A stretch of 63,962 nucleotides of DNA, filler included, from an uncultured bacterium (GCA_964506785.1; 3 parts of 3 records of this genome joined end to end with filler, not necessarily neighbours in it); one strand, 5' to 3'. Positions 7,928-20,009 are shown, numbered from the whole stretch's first letter. The notes: generated by a model from the letters alone, not told the origin. Numbers and translations are program-made.

Positions 7928-8509
7928 ATGGCTCTGGAAGATATTTTAGAAAAAATTAAATCTGATGCCGAAAGAGAAGCCGCTAAAGTCAAAAAAGAGG
8001 CTTTAAGTTCGGCCAGACAGATAACCGATGAAGCGAGAAAAAAAGGAGAGTTTTTAAAGAAAGAGATTTTGTTTAAGGCTGGCGAAGAGGCTGCCAAAAT
8101 TAAAGAAAGGATTCTTGTTAATACCCAGGTTCAAATAAAAAAGGATATTCTTTCTTTTAAACAAAAGTTTATCCAGGATGTTTTGATAAAAGCGATGGAT
8201 AAAATGAGAAAGTCAAAAGATTTATATCAGGCATTCCTTGAAAAAACCTTGTTAGAAACAGCCCTTGGGAACGAAGAGATTATTTTATCTGCCCAAGACC
8301 GGAGGGAATTTTCTAATAAGTGGTTGGAGGGATTTAATAAAAAGCATCACCTTAAATTAAACTATTCTAAAAAAATCGGAAAAATTTCCGGAGGGATGGT
8401 TATTCGAAGCGGTAAAAAAGAGATTAATGCCGGTCTCGAAATCTTAATCAAAGAAATTCGGGAGAAACGCGGCGCGGAAATAGCCAAAATTCTTTTTGGA
8501 GAATTATAA
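7928..8509 (+). CDS. ntpE: V/A-type ATPase subunit E
   Basis: MALEDILEKIKSDAEREA coiled coil, ISGGMVI, EIAKILF; ATG at 7928 after GGAG. Confidence 0.92.
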   Translation: MALEDILEKIKSDAEREAAKVKKEALSSARQITDEARKKGEFLKKEILFKAGEEAAKIKERILVNTQVQIKKDILSFKQKFIQDVLIKAMDKMRKSKDLYQAFLEKTLLETALGNEEIILSAQDRREFSNKWLEGFNKKHHLKLNYSKKIGKISGGMVIRSGKKEINAGLEILIKEIREKRGAEIAKILFGEL

Positions 8510-9519
8510 TGTTTTATTCGTTTCGGGAAGATTTGCGTTATGCCTATAGTCTGGGTGAGCTCAGGGTAAGGGAGAATAAAATGCTCGGTCAGCGGGATTT
8601 CTCCCGTTTATTATCTACCGCCAATCTTGAAGAGATGACTCTTATTTTAAGTGAAGCTGGATATAAAACACCGGAAAGGGCGGAGGAGATTTTTTCTAAC
8701 CCCGATGATTTCTTATCTTCTAATACAGCCATTTTGTATAAAAGGCTGAAGGAAATAGGGCATCATCCAGAAATTTTCAACCTTTTTATTATTCGCTATG
8801 ATTTTAGAAATTTTGGAGTTCTCCTTAAAAAAGAAATAGCCGAAGGAAGTCTGGATGACCGGGTTTTAAAGGAAAATTTTTTAATTAACCTGGGGCTGCA
8901 GGGGCTGGATAAACTCCAGGAATCATTCAAGAAGAAAAATTATGAGATTTATCCAGAGAACATGGCCGAGATTTTCTCAAGAATTGAAAAGAAAATAAAA
9001 AAAGAAAACCCGGATAAAATCAGCCAGACCTTAGATAGAGAATATTTTAAGTTAGCTTTAGAGGCAAGTTCCTCTAATGATTTCTGCCGGTATATTTTTA
9101 ATATATTTGTCGATTTCGCTAATTTAGAAAGCGCCTTGAGGATTAAAAATATAAAAAGGGAATCTAAGTTCGGCGAGTTTTTTATTGAGGGAGGGAAAAT
9201 CGCAAAGAATGATTTTTTAGAATTTTTAGGCGGCCGTTTGAATCTAATTAATCTTCTTTCTCGTTATTCATATGAAAAGCTATTTTCTCCATCTCCGGGA
9301 GAAAAAGAGGAAGCCCTTTTAGGGGAGAAGAAATTGGACGATTTTTTAATCGAGGTTCTAAAGGAAGCGAGATTTTCTTTTATTGGCTTAGAGGCAGTCG
9401 TTGCCTATTTATTGGTTAAGGAGTTGGAGATGAAAAATATCCGCCTGATTCTTCAGGGGAAGAAAGCCGGCCTGACGGAAGAAGAATTACGGCCTGATTT
9501 GCGGGCGACGTATGAATAA
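8509..9519 (+). CDS. ntpC: V/A-type ATPase subunit C (d)
   Basis: YAYSLGELRVRENKML, YDFRN, LDREYF, VAYLLVKELEMKNIRLILQGK. Confidence 0.93.
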   Translation: MFYSFREDLRYAYSLGELRVRENKMLGQRDFSRLLSTANLEEMTLILSEAGYKTPERAEEIFSNPDDFLSSNTAILYKRLKEIGHHPEIFNLFIIRYDFRNFGVLLKKEIAEGSLDDRVLKENFLINLGLQGLDKLQESFKKKNYEIYPENMAEIFSRIEKKIKKENPDKISQTLDREYFKLALEASSSNDFCRYIFNIFVDFANLESALRIKNIKRESKFGEFFIEGGKIAKNDFLEFLGGRLNLINLLSRYSYEKLFSPSPGEKEEALLGEKKLDDFLIEVLKEARFSFIGLEAVVAYLLVKELEMKNIRLILQGKKAGLTEEELRPDLRATYE

Positions 9520-9814
9520 AATGGCTGTTATTGCCGAACCTTGGACAGCTTGGGGCTTTGCTGGATTGGGCCTATCTGTCTATCCGGCAGAGAATGAAAA
9601 AGAAGCCCAAGATATTTTTAAATCAATGGAAGAGGATTATGCCATTATCTTTGTCAGTGAGACATTTTACCAGGTGGTCAAGAAAAGGTTTGAATCTAGG
9701 CTCAAGGATAAATCACCTCTAATTTGTTTAATTCCTAACAATAAGGAAAGAAAAAATCTGGGCCATCAAATAATCCGGGAAGTGGTCCGCCAAGCCGTCG
9801 GTTTTGAAATTTGA
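9512..9814 (+). CDS. V/A-type ATPase subunit F (NtpG/AtpF)
   Basis: KMAVI..GFAGLG, YAIIFVSE, LIP, VVRQAVGFEI. Confidence 0.93.
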   Translation: MNKMAVIAEPWTAWGFAGLGLSVYPAENEKEAQDIFKSMEEDYAIIFVSETFYQVVKKRFESRLKDKSPLICLIPNNKERKNLGHQIIREVVRQAVGFEI

Positions 9815-9894
9815 CAAAGGAGGCTCAACCAGGGAAGTCGGATTTTCTTTGGTGGTGCGATACAAGGATTATTTATTAGAAGGGAAGGTTCATC

Positions 9895-11664
9895 ATGGGT
9901 ATTAGCGAAAAGAAAAAAGGGAAAATTGCTAAGGTCTCTGGTCCCTTAGTGGTGGCTGAGGGGATGTATCAGTCACGGATGAATAATATGGTTTGGGTAA
10001 GCGAACAGAGCTTGGTTGGAGAAATTGTCGAGTTAAAAGGTGATCTTGCTTCCATCCAGGTTTATGAAGAGACCGCCGGTATCGGACCAGGTGAGCCGGT
10101 AGAAGATTTAGGTGAACCTCTGAGTATTGAATTAGGGCCGGGATTAATCGGACATATTTTTGACGGTATCCAAAGACCCTTGGAGGTTATTCGAGAAAAA
10201 GCCGGTGATAATATTCCCCGGGGACTTTTAGTACCCAGTCTTGATCGGGGAAAGAAATGGGCATTTTCCCCTCAGGTAAAAAAAGGGGATAAAGTCGAGG
10301 CAGGAGATATTATTGGCTTAGTTCAGGAGACCTCACTCGTGGAGCACCGAATTTTAGCGCCGCCTGGAATACAAGGAGAGATAATTGAGATAAAGGAAGG
10401 AAACTTCACTGTTGAAGAGGTAATTGCTGAGGTAAAGGGTCCCAAAAAAACAGTTGGAATAAAAATGATACAGCGCTGGCCGGTAAGGAAAGAAAGGCCC
10501 TATCGGGAAAAATTGATTCCCCGGGGACCTTTAATTACTGGCCAAAGGGTAATTGATACACTGTTCCCTTTAGCTGAAGGCGGGACTGCCTGTGTTCCCG
10601 GGCCGTTCGGTTCGGGCAAAACCGTCATTCAGCACGCCTTGGCTAAATGGGTCAATGCCGAAATCATTGTTTATGTCGGTTGTGGTGAAAGAGGGAATGA
10701 AATGACCGATGTTCTCCTGGAGTTTCCCAAGCTTCTTGATCCTTATTCTGGAGAACCCTTGATGAAGAGGACTATTTTAATTGCTAATACCTCTAATATG
10801 CCGGTAGCCGCTCGCGAAGCGTCTATTTACACCGGGGTAACCATTGGGGAATATTTTCGCGATATGGGATATAATGTTGCCTTAATGGCTGATTCCACCT
10901 CGCGCTGGGCTGAGGCCTTGCGGGAAATTTCGGGAAGATTGGAAGAGATGCCGGGAGATGAAGGCTATCCGGCTTATTTAGGCACGAGAATTGCTGATTT
11001 TTACGAACGAGCCGGCCTTTCAAAATGTCTGGGGAAAGATGAACGTCTCGGGTCACTCAGTATTATCGGCGCCGTCTCTCCCCCGGGGGGAGATTTAACC
11101 GATCCGGTGGTTCAGGGGACTTTGCGGGTGGTTAAGGTTTTCTGGAGTTTAGAGGACAAACTGGCTTATGAGAGGCATTTCCCGGCGATAAATTGGCTAA
11201 ATAGCTATTCCTTGTATCAGTCTATGGCTGATGAATATTTTAAAAAAGAGGTTAATGCCGAATTCGTAAAAATGAGGAAGGATGCCATGTTAGTTCTTCA
11301 AAAGGAATCAGAGCTTCAAGAAATTGTAAAACTTATTGGTGTTGATGCCCTTTCTCCCGAGGACCGTCTGACTTTAGACTTGGCTAAATCAATTAGGGAA
11401 GATTTTCTTCATCAAAATGCTTTCCATGAAATTGATACCTACAGCTCTTTAAAAAAACAGTATTGGATGTTAAAACTAATTCTATTTTTGGGTGAAAAAT
11501 GCCAGACCGCTCTTTCTCGAAAGGTGCCTCTGGAAAAACTCCTAAATTTAAAGGTCAAAGAGGATATTGCTCGACTCAAGCTTATTCCGGAAGAACAGTT
11601 AGATAAGATGGAGTTGGTTTTAAATAAGATAGTTAACGAGATTGAAGCTTTTACTAAAGAATAG
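9895..11664 (+). CDS. ntpA: V/A-type ATPase catalytic subunit A
   Basis: PGPFGSGKT Walker A, GCGERGNE, ANTSNMPVAAREAS, PGDEGYPAYL. Confidence 0.98.
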   Translation: MGISEKKKGKIAKVSGPLVVAEGMYQSRMNNMVWVSEQSLVGEIVELKGDLASIQVYEETAGIGPGEPVEDLGEPLSIELGPGLIGHIFDGIQRPLEVIREKAGDNIPRGLLVPSLDRGKKWAFSPQVKKGDKVEAGDIIGLVQETSLVEHRILAPPGIQGEIIEIKEGNFTVEEVIAEVKGPKKTVGIKMIQRWPVRKERPYREKLIPRGPLITGQRVIDTLFPLAEGGTACVPGPFGSGKTVIQHALAKWVNAEIIVYVGCGERGNEMTDVLLEFPKLLDPYSGEPLMKRTILIANTSNMPVAAREASIYTGVTIGEYFRDMGYNVALMADSTSRWAEALREISGRLEEMPGDEGYPAYLGTRIADFYERAGLSKCLGKDERLGSLSIIGAVSPPGGDLTDPVVQGTLRVVKVFWSLEDKLAYERHFPAINWLNSYSLYQSMADEYFKKEVNAEFVKMRKDAMLVLQKESELQEIVKLIGVDALSPEDRLTLDLAKSIREDFLHQNAFHEIDTYSSLKKQYWMLKLILFLGEKCQTALSRKVPLEKLLNLKVKEDIARLKLIPEEQLDKMELVLNKIVNEIEAFTKE

Positions 11665-11687
11665 ACTGACCGAATATTCTAGAAGAT

Positions 11688-11760
11688 AAATGACCAATAT
11701 GCAATTACTCAATGACGAATGGAATTCATTTCTTCATTCGGCATTTGATAATTTGGCATT
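11688..11760. repeat. 7-nt-period inverted-repeat hairpin between ntpA and ntpB
   Basis: AAT units at 11689, 11696, 11703, 11711, 11718 mirrored by ATT units at 11736, 11743, 11751, 11758; CAATGACGAATGGA pairs with TTCATTCGGCATTT. Confidence 0.65.
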
Positions 11761-11781
11761 AAAAGGAATAAGGAGATAACA

Positions 11782-13167
11782 GTGCTAAAGGAATATTTGA
11801 CAATTCAGGAGATTGTTGGGCCGCTCATTCTTGTCGATGAAGTTGAAGGCGTCAAATATGAGGAGCTGGTTGAAATAGAACTTCCTAACGGAGAAATCCG
11901 GAAAGGAAAGGTGTTAGAGGTTAATCGGGATAAAGCCCTGGTTGAGGTTTTTGGCGGCACTAGCGGTATCGACATCAAAAATACCCGTTTAAAATTTTTG
12001 GGGAAGAGAATGGAACTGACGGCTTCGCTGGATATGTTGGGAAGAATTTTTGATGGATTGGGCAACCCCATTGACGGCGGTCCAGCGATACTTTCTGAAA
12101 CCAAGTTAGATGTTAACGGTATTCCGATTAATCCCTCGGCCCGGGATTATCCTCAGGAATTTATACAAACCGGTATTTCGGCTATTGATGGACTTAATAC
12201 GTTGGTCCGTGGACAGAAATTGCCGATATTTTCTGCCTCAGGACTTCCCCATATTCGTCTTTCCGCCCAGATTGCCCGTCAGGCTAAGGTTTTAGGCAAA
12301 GAGGAAAAATTCGCCGTAGTATTTGCCGCCATGGGGATTACTTTTGAGGAGGCAAATTTTTTTATCGACGATTTTAAGGAAAGCGGGGCTATTGGCAATG
12401 TCGTTCTTTTTATCAATCTGGCTGATGACCCGGCCATTGAAAGGATTGCTACTCCCAGGGTAGCTTTAACCGCGGCAGAATATTTAGCTTTTCGGCAGAG
12501 CATGCACGTTTTGGTTATTTTGATTGATATGACTAATTATTGTGAAGCCCTTCGGCAGATATCGGCGGCTCGACGGGAAGTACCGGGCCGGCGGGGATAT
12601 CCCGGCTATCTCTATACGGATTTGGCTACCATTTACGAACGAGCCGGCAGGATTCGCGGCAATTCCGGTTCCATCACTCAGATTCCGGTATTAACGATGC
12701 CGGAAGATGATAAAACCCATCCAATTCCTGATTTAACCGGATATATTACTGAGGGACAGATAATTTTGAGCCGCGAACTCAATCGAAAGGGAATATATCC
12801 GCCGATTGATATTTTACCTTCTCTTTCTCGTCTGAAGGATAAAGGGATTGGTAAAAATAAGACCCGTGAGGACCACGCCGATCTTTTTAATCAGCTTTTT
12901 GCCGCTTATGCCCGGGGTAAAGAAGCCTATGAGCTGGAGAAAATTTTAGGGAAAGCTGCCTTGACAGAGATGGATTTGAAATATTTAAAATTTTCCAATC
13001 TTTTTGAGGTTGAATATATTCAACAGAGAGAGAATGAAACCCGCCGTATTTCCGAAACCTTAGATTTAGGCTGGAAGTTGCTTTCTCAGTTTCCTAGAGG
13101 GGAACTTAAGCGGATTCGCCCGGAATTCATTGATAAATATCTTGGTCCCCTTCTCTCGAGCCGTTAG
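11782..13167 (+). CDS. ntpB: V/A-type ATPase subunit B
   Basis: GTG start; [44 protein letters not shown]. Confidence 0.98.
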   Translation: MLKEYLTIQEIVGPLILVDEVEGVKYEELVEIELPNGEIRKGKVLEVNRDKALVEVFGGTSGIDIKNTRLKFLGKRMELTASLDMLGRIFDGLGNPIDGGPAILSETKLDVNGIPINPSARDYPQEFIQTGISAIDGLNTLVRGQKLPIFSASGLPHIRLSAQIARQAKVLGKEEKFAVVFAAMGITFEEANFFIDDFKESGAIGNVVLFINLADDPAIERIATPRVALTAAEYLAFRQSMHVLVILIDMTNYCEALRQISAARREVPGRRGYPGYLYTDLATIYERAGRIRGNSGSITQIPVLTMPEDDKTHPIPDLTGYITEGQIILSRELNRKGIYPPIDILPSLSRLKDKGIGKNKTREDHADLFNQLFAAYARGKEAYELEKILGKAALTEMDLKYLKFSNLFEVEYIQQRENETRRISETLDLGWKLLSQFPRGELKRIRPEFIDKYLGPLLSSR

Positions 13168-13187
13168 AAAAATTTTCTCTAACGGGG
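13161..13187. repeat. Minimal copy of the CCGTTAGA...TCTAACGG element; contains the ntpB stop codon
   Basis: CCGTTAGA-AAAATTTTC-TCTAACGG-GG; TAG at 13165-13167. Confidence 0.7.
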
Positions 13188-13221
13188 CTAACCAAGCACA
13201 AATTAGGAGTTTTCTTCCAGG

Positions 13222-13842
13222 ATGCGATTGAATGTTAATCCGACCAGGATGGAATTGTCAAAGTTAAAAAAAAAGTATTTCTTTGCCAAGCGGGGACATA
13301 AGCTGCTTAAAAACAAAGAAGATGAGTTGATGAGAAGGTTCCTCAATTTTATCGACCAGGATAAGGTTCTAAGGCAGGAGATGGAAGAGAAACTCTTCAA
13401 GGCCTTAAAGATTTTTGCTAAGGGGGCGGCTGCTATCCCTTTAGCCGAGTTAAAGGAAGCTTTATTCTTCAGCGAAAGAAAGAGCCGGGTAGAGGCAACA
13501 CCGGAGCGGATTCTTAATTTAGAAGCAAATAAATTTTCTCTAAAAGTCCAAGGAGACCTCCATCGATATAGATTTCTCTCTACTAATGCCCGGTATGACC
13601 GGGCGTTAATTTTGTTAGACGAGGTTTTGCCTTTGATGATTGAAACAGCTGCTTTAGAGGGTAGCCTTATTCTCGTTGCCCAGGAGATTGAAAGGACACG
13701 CCGTCGGGTTAATGCCTTGGAATATCGCTTGATTCCTGATTTAGAAGATACCATTAAGTATATCAGCATGAAACTGAGTGAGATGGAAAGAGGAAATCTT
13801 TCTCGGTTGATGCGGCTTAAAGAACTAAGCGGAACTATTTAA
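13222..13842 (+). CDS. ntpD: V/A-type ATPase subunit D
   Basis: NPTRMEL, RGHKLLKNK, EIERTRRRVNALE, LSEMER. Confidence 0.96.
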   Translation: MRLNVNPTRMELSKLKKKYFFAKRGHKLLKNKEDELMRRFLNFIDQDKVLRQEMEEKLFKALKIFAKGAAAIPLAELKEALFFSERKSRVEATPERILNLEANKFSLKVQGDLHRYRFLSTNARYDRALILLDEVLPLMIETAALEGSLILVAQEIERTRRRVNALEYRLIPDLEDTIKYISMKLSEMERGNLSRLMRLKELSGTI

Positions 13843-13843
13843 T

Positions 13844-14569
13844 ATGGGTGAGGTTTTTGTTGTTAGCACGCCAATTGGCAATCTGGAGGATATAACTTTA
13901 AGAGCAATCCGGATTCTCAAAGAGGTAGACCTGGTAGCGTGTGAAGATACCAGAAAAACAAAGATTCTCTTCAGCCGATACGGCATTCGTACCCCACTTA
14001 CTAGTTTCCACGAACATAACAAGATTGCGCGCTCTATAAGTTTAGTCAAACTCCTGAAGGAAAATAAAAAGATTGCTTTGGTAAGTGAGGCAGGAACACC
14101 GGGTGTTTCTGATCCGGGGTTTTATCTGGTGAGATTGGCCGTCAAGAATAATATCAAGGTAGTTCCCATACCCGGAGCCAGTGCCGTGCTGGCGGGTCTA
14201 GCTGCCTCAGGGCTGCCAACGGATTGTTTTACTTTTTACGGTTTTCCCCCCCGGAAAGGCAAAAAGAAAAAAGAATGGCTTGAGAAAATCAGGGCAGAGG
14301 CGAAAACGGTGGTTTTTTACGAATCGCCTCATCGCCTGCTTGATACATTAGAAAGATTAATCCCGGCAGTTCAAGGAAGATTGATTGCCGTTGGGCGCGA
14401 ATTGACCAAAAAATATGAAGAAATCCAGCGCGGGACGGCTGAGGAGCTTAAAGAATATTTTACCAGTCATTCTCCCCGGGGAGAGTTTGTCCTGGTTTTA
14501 GCCGGCAGCGCTTATAAAAATACTGAATCGGGAAGGGTGAACAATAAAAAAAGCAATATATGGTATTGA
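13844..14569 (+). CDS. rsmI: 16S rRNA C1402 2'-O-methyltransferase
   Basis: TPIGNLEDITLRA, ACEDTR, SEAGTPGVSDPG, YESPHR, RELTKKYEE. Confidence 0.96.
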   Translation: MGEVFVVSTPIGNLEDITLRAIRILKEVDLVACEDTRKTKILFSRYGIRTPLTSFHEHNKIARSISLVKLLKENKKIALVSEAGTPGVSDPGFYLVRLAVKNNIKVVPIPGASAVLAGLAASGLPTDCFTFYGFPPRKGKKKKEWLEKIRAEAKTVVFYESPHRLLDTLERLIPAVQGRLIAVGRELTKKYEEIQRGTAEELKEYFTSHSPRGEFVLVLAGSAYKNTESGRVNNKKSNIWY

Positions 14570-14600
14570 GACTGAGTAATACGGAGAAGCTTCTTTATCA

Positions 14601-14629
14601 TTGACAGTTAGGGTAGGGTTTGATATAGT
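14601..14629 (+). promoter_or_regulatory. Sigma70 promoter of eno
   Basis: TTGACA (14601-06), 17 nt, TATAGT (14624-29), with TGn extended -10. Confidence 0.8.
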
Positions 14630-14719
14630 TATAGCACTTTAACTATCTAAATTCCGATACCTCGAAAATCACACTTCGTAAGTGTGAAGATTTTCGGGCC
14701 GGACTTCCAAAAATTATGA

Positions 14720-16297
<1,578 letters not shown>

Positions 16298-16320
<23 letters not shown>

Positions 16321-16374
16321 CTCGCAGGGCTCATAACCCTGAGGTCGGTCGTTCAAATCGACCCCCCGCCACCA
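16298..16374 (+). tRNA. tRNA-fMet (CAT, initiator)
   Basis: Cloverleaf; C1xC72 mismatch, three G-C pairs in the anticodon stem (CAGGG/CCCTG), loop CTCATAA, TTCAAAT, encoded CCA. Confidence 0.96.
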
Positions 16375-16393
16375 GAATTTTGCGTTCTATTTC

Positions 16394-16422
16394 AAGGGGG
16401 CAATTGGGAAGCTCCCTTTTTT
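16394..16422 (+). terminator. Intrinsic terminator after tRNA-fMet
   Basis: AAGGGGGC-9 nt-GCTCCCTT followed by a T run. Confidence 0.65.
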
Positions 16423-16502
16423 ACCCATTAGAGAAGTAGTCATTGTTGCATTTTGTACCAAAGAGGTTAGCTATCCGGGGTATCTGAATTTTTCTAACGG
16501 TA
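16423..16502. mobile_element. Degenerate MITE-like copy (80 bp)
   Basis: ACCCATTAGAGA left end and TTTCTAACGGTA right end. Confidence 0.5.
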
Positions 16503-16507
16503 TTGAT

Positions 16508-16584
16508 GGCGGTGTAGCTCAGTTGGTTAGAGCATGCGGCTCATACCCGCAGTGTCGCCCGTTCGAATCGGGCCGCCGCCACCA
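16508..16584 (+). tRNA. tRNA-Met (CAT, probably elongator)
   Basis: GGCGGTG/CGCCGCC acceptor stem with G1-C72 paired, TGCGG-CTCATAC-CCGCA anticodon arm, CCA; lacks the C4/C5 pattern of tRNA-Ile2. Confidence 0.92.
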
Positions 16585-16616
16585 CGTTATTCCCTCAAAA
16601 GTTTATTTCTCCCTTA

Positions 16617-18077
16617 ATGATGATTGATAAAGTTCGTCAAACCATGGCTAATTATAAAATGATTGAAAAGGGCGACAAAATTTTGGTTGCTCTTTCTGGC
16701 GGGCCGGACTCTCTTTGCCTATTTCATATTCTCTTCGAATTAAAAAGGGAATTTGGTTTTAAATTATATCTAGCCCATTTTAATCATGGAATCCGTCGGG
16801 AATCGGCCGGGGATGTAAATTATGTTAGGCGGTTATCAAAGAAGTTTAAGGTTTCCTTAAGGCTGGATAGAAAGGATATTCCGAAAATGGCTAAAGAAGA
16901 AGGCGGCTCAATCGAGATGATAGCCCGAAAGGCCCGCTATCAGTTTCTGATTGATACGGCCAGAGAATTAAGAGCCAATAAAATTGCTTTAGGCCATAAT
17001 CAGGATGATCAGGTGGAGACATTTTTGCTTAATTTTTTACGGGGGTCAGGAACAGCCGGCTTAAGCGGTATGCCGGCTAAAAGGAAACTGGCCCGTTTAA
17101 AAGGAGGGAAAAACATCTACATAATTAGGCCCCTTATCGGAGCGGCCAGAGAGGAAATTATTGCTTACTTAGATAAAAAAAAGCTTCGTGCGCGCCTAGA
17201 TGCTTCTAATTTGAGCTTGGCTTTTAAACGGAATAAAATAAGGTGGCAGCTCCTGCCGCTTCTGCAAAAAGAATATAACCCTAATATTAAAGGGGTAATA
17301 AAGAGAATAACCGAGATTTTTAAGGAAGAGGATATTTTTTGGCAGGAGTATTTGAAGACAATTTTTAAAAATTCAATTTTAAAAAAGAGTAAAAAGGAAA
17401 TTCAACTAAATCTCAAAAAAGTATCTGCTCAAGCCGAAGCAGTTCAAAGCAGAATCCTCCAGCGAGCTTTACGGCAATTGCTCGGTGATTTGAGAGGAAT
17501 TAACTATGCCCATATAACGGCCATTAAGAAATTATGCCGCCGGGCTACCGGGAGAAAATTCTTAACTTTGCCTGGTAATGTTCAAGTGGTTAAAAATTAT
17601 GATAAATTAATTTTAGAAAAAGGGAAAATAACACGGGATTACCCTTTTAAATTTCCGATAAAGGCACCGGGGGGGAATTTTTTTCCAGTTCTTGCCGCCA
17701 AATTAGAGATTGGCTTTAAAAGCTGCAATAAAAATGTTCTCAAGCGGCATATTGAAAAATTGCGGTTTATGCCGTTTGGGAAAAAATTTGAAGCTATCCT
17801 TGATAAAGATAGATTGAAGTTCCCTCTGTTTATTCGGAACAGATTCCCAGGAGATAGATTTCAGCCGCTTGGGCTTACGACTTTCCCCAAATTGAAGAAG
17901 TACTTTATAAACAAGAAAATCAGCCTTTTAGAGAGGGGGAAAAATCCTCTTCTGGTAGATAGCCGGGGAAGAATTGCCTGGGTAATTGGTCTGGAAATTG
18001 CCGATTGGGCTAAAGTGACCGCAAAAACCAGGAAAATTTCAAAGATGAAATATAACCCTTCCCCCCCAGTCAGGTAA
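16617..18077 (+). CDS. tilS: tRNA(Ile)-lysidine synthetase
   Basis: ALSGGPDS, HFNHGIR, ARKARY, GHNQDDQVET, IIRPL, RNKIR. Confidence 0.96.
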   Translation: MMIDKVRQTMANYKMIEKGDKILVALSGGPDSLCLFHILFELKREFGFKLYLAHFNHGIRRESAGDVNYVRRLSKKFKVSLRLDRKDIPKMAKEEGGSIEMIARKARYQFLIDTARELRANKIALGHNQDDQVETFLLNFLRGSGTAGLSGMPAKRKLARLKGGKNIYIIRPLIGAAREEIIAYLDKKKLRARLDASNLSLAFKRNKIRWQLLPLLQKEYNPNIKGVIKRITEIFKEEDIFWQEYLKTIFKNSILKKSKKEIQLNLKKVSAQAEAVQSRILQRALRQLLGDLRGINYAHITAIKKLCRRATGRKFLTLPGNVQVVKNYDKLILEKGKITRDYPFKFPIKAPGGNFFPVLAAKLEIGFKSCNKNVLKRHIEKLRFMPFGKKFEAILDKDRLKFPLFIRNRFPGDRFQPLGLTTFPKLKKYFINKKISLLERGKNPLLVDSRGRIAWVIGLEIADWAKVTAKTRKISKMKYNPSPPVR

Positions 18078-18096
18078 TCTATAACTTACTTACAGC

Positions 18097-18125
18097 TTGA
18101 AAAAAAAGTTACCTTATGCTAAAAT
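18097..18125 (+). promoter_or_regulatory. Sigma70 promoter of ftsH
   Basis: TTGAAA, 17 nt, TAAAAT, with TGn extension. Confidence 0.65.
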
Positions 18126-18173
18126 ATCCATTCAGACTCCGGGATTTTTTACTATATAAGGAAGGAATCTAAG

Positions 18174-20009
18174 GTGAATAAATCTGATAAACCACAAAAA
18201 CCCACTCAATCGTCACGCAATTTAATTTTAGCCGTTGTTGTTTTCCTTGGGCTTTTAATTGTTTTTAATCATCTGCCGCAGGTTTTAAATCCACCCAAAG
18301 AAATAATCTTTAGTGATTTTATAGCGGCGCTGGGAAAAGGAAAGGTTCAAGAAGTCGTAATCGTGGAGAATAATATTAAAGGGAAGTTTAGTGATGGCAC
18401 GGCTTTTAAAACTTACGCACCGGAGGATCCAGATCTGGTTAAAATGCTCCGTTCCAAAGAGGTAAAAATAAAGGCCGAACCAGAAAGTGCCTGGAAAAGC
18501 ATAGTTTTTTCTCTTTTCCCCCTTTTACTTTTTATTTTATTTTTCTGGTTTTTAATCCGCCGGCAGTTCCAGAGCGGTGGAAAGGTTTTTAGCTTTGGCA
18601 AAAGCCAGGCGAAACTGCATTCGGAGACGGCGACAAAGATTACCTTTAGTGATGTCGCCGGGGTGGAAGAAGCTAAGGAAGAACTGCAAGAGGTTATCGC
18701 CTTTCTTAAAAACCCCCAAAAATTCCAGAAGCTGGGTGGCAGAATTCCTAAAGGCATTCTCCTTATGGGGCCGCCGGGTTCAGGAAAGACGCTTCTAGCC
18801 AAGGCAGTCGCCGGAGAGGCCAAAGTGCCCTTTTTTAGTATCAGCGGGTCCGATTTTGTCGAGATGTTTGTCGGCGTGGGTGCTTCTCGGGTGAGGGACT
18901 TATTTGAAATCGGCCGAAAAAACGCTCCGTGCATTATATTTATTGACGAGATTGATGCCGTCGGGCGGCTGCGTTTTGCCGGTTTAGGAGGGGGGCATGA
19001 TGAAAGGGAACAGACGCTCAATCAGCTCTTGGCAGAAATGGATGGGTTTAATACTCAAGAGGGAGTGATCCTTTTAGCTTCTACCAATCGTCCCGATGTA
19101 TTGGATCCGGCTCTATTACGTCCAGGCAGGTTTGACCGTCAGATTGTGGTTAATCAACCTGATTTAAATGGACGGGAAGCCATCTTGAAAGTACACGCTA
19201 AAAAGGTGATCTTAAATAAAGATGTGGATTTGAAAGTAATCGCCCGGCAGACACCGGGATTTTCCGGAGCGGATCTGGCGAATTTAGTAAATGAAGCCGC
19301 TCTCTTAGCGGCCCGAAAGGATAAAAAAGCAGTTGAGATTAAAGAAATGGAGGAGGCTATTGAACGGGTAATGGCCGGCCCGGAAAGAAAAAGCCGGATT
19401 ATTAGCGAACAGGAAAAAAAGATTGTTGCTTATCACGAATCCGGTCACGCCCTTCTATCGCTTTTAATTCCAGAAGCGGATAGCTTGCATAAGGTTTCGA
19501 TTATCCCCAGGGGGGTAGCTGCTTTGGGGTATACTATGCAGCTTGCCTCCGAAGATAGATATCTTTATACCAAAGGCGAACTTTTAGGAAAACTTACCGT
19601 TCTCCTGGGAGGGCGGGCCGCCGAGATGTTAATTTTCAACGAGGCGAGTACGGGAGCCCAGAATGATTTAAGTGTTGTTACCGAAGCGGCCCATCGGATG
19701 ATTTGTGAATTTGGTATGAGTGAGAAATTGGGCCATCTTACCTTAGGGCGTAAAGAAACCCAGGTTTTTCTGGGACGGGATATTGTTAAGGAAAAGAATT
19801 ATAGCGAAGAAACGGCTCAGAAAATTGATATGGAAGTAAGACGTATCGTCGATGAAAGCTATGAACGGGCGCTGGATTTGCTTAAGGAAAATAAAGAAAA
19901 ATTAGAAAGATTAGCTCGGACCCTTTTGGAAAAAGAGGTTTTAGACGCTAAAGAGGTAAAGCAGATTATTGGCTATGAATCAGAAAAGAATAGAAAAGCT
20001 CATTCGTGA
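18174..20009 (+). CDS. ftsH: ATP-dependent zinc metalloprotease FtsH
   Basis: Two TM segments, [32 protein letters not shown]. Confidence 0.98.
   Translation: MNKSDKPQKPTQSSRNLILAVVVFLGLLIVFNHLPQVLNPPKEIIFSDFIAALGKGKVQEVVIVENNIKGKFSDGTAFKTYAPEDPDLVKMLRSKEVKIKAEPESAWKSIVFSLFPLLLFILFFWFLIRRQFQSGGKVFSFGKSQAKLHSETATKITFSDVAGVEEAKEELQEVIAFLKNPQKFQKLGGRIPKGILLMGPPGSGKTLLAKAVAGEAKVPFFSISGSDFVEMFVGVGASRVRDLFEIGRKNAPCIIFIDEIDAVGRLRFAGLGGGHDEREQTLNQLLAEMDGFNTQEGVILLASTNRPDVLDPALLRPGRFDRQIVVNQPDLNGREAILKVHAKKVILNKDVDLKVIARQTPGFSGADLANLVNEAALLAARKDKKAVEIKEMEEAIERVMAGPERKSRIISEQEKKIVAYHESGHALLSLLIPEADSLHKVSIIPRGVAALGYTMQLASEDRYLYTKGELLGKLTVLLGGRAAEMLIFNEASTGAQNDLSVVTEAAHRMICEFGMSEKLGHLTLGRKETQVFLGRDIVKEKNYSEETAQKIDMEVRRIVDESYERALDLLKENKEKLERLARTLLEKEVLDAKEVKQIIGYESEKNRKAHS

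Noticed and set aside
16508-16584. CAT tRNA next to tilS as a possible tRNA-Ile2 (TilS substrate)
   Set aside because: Acceptor stem GGCGG and loop CTCATAC resemble elongator tRNA-Met and lack the C4/C5 pattern of Ile2; an isotype-specific model scan would settle it.
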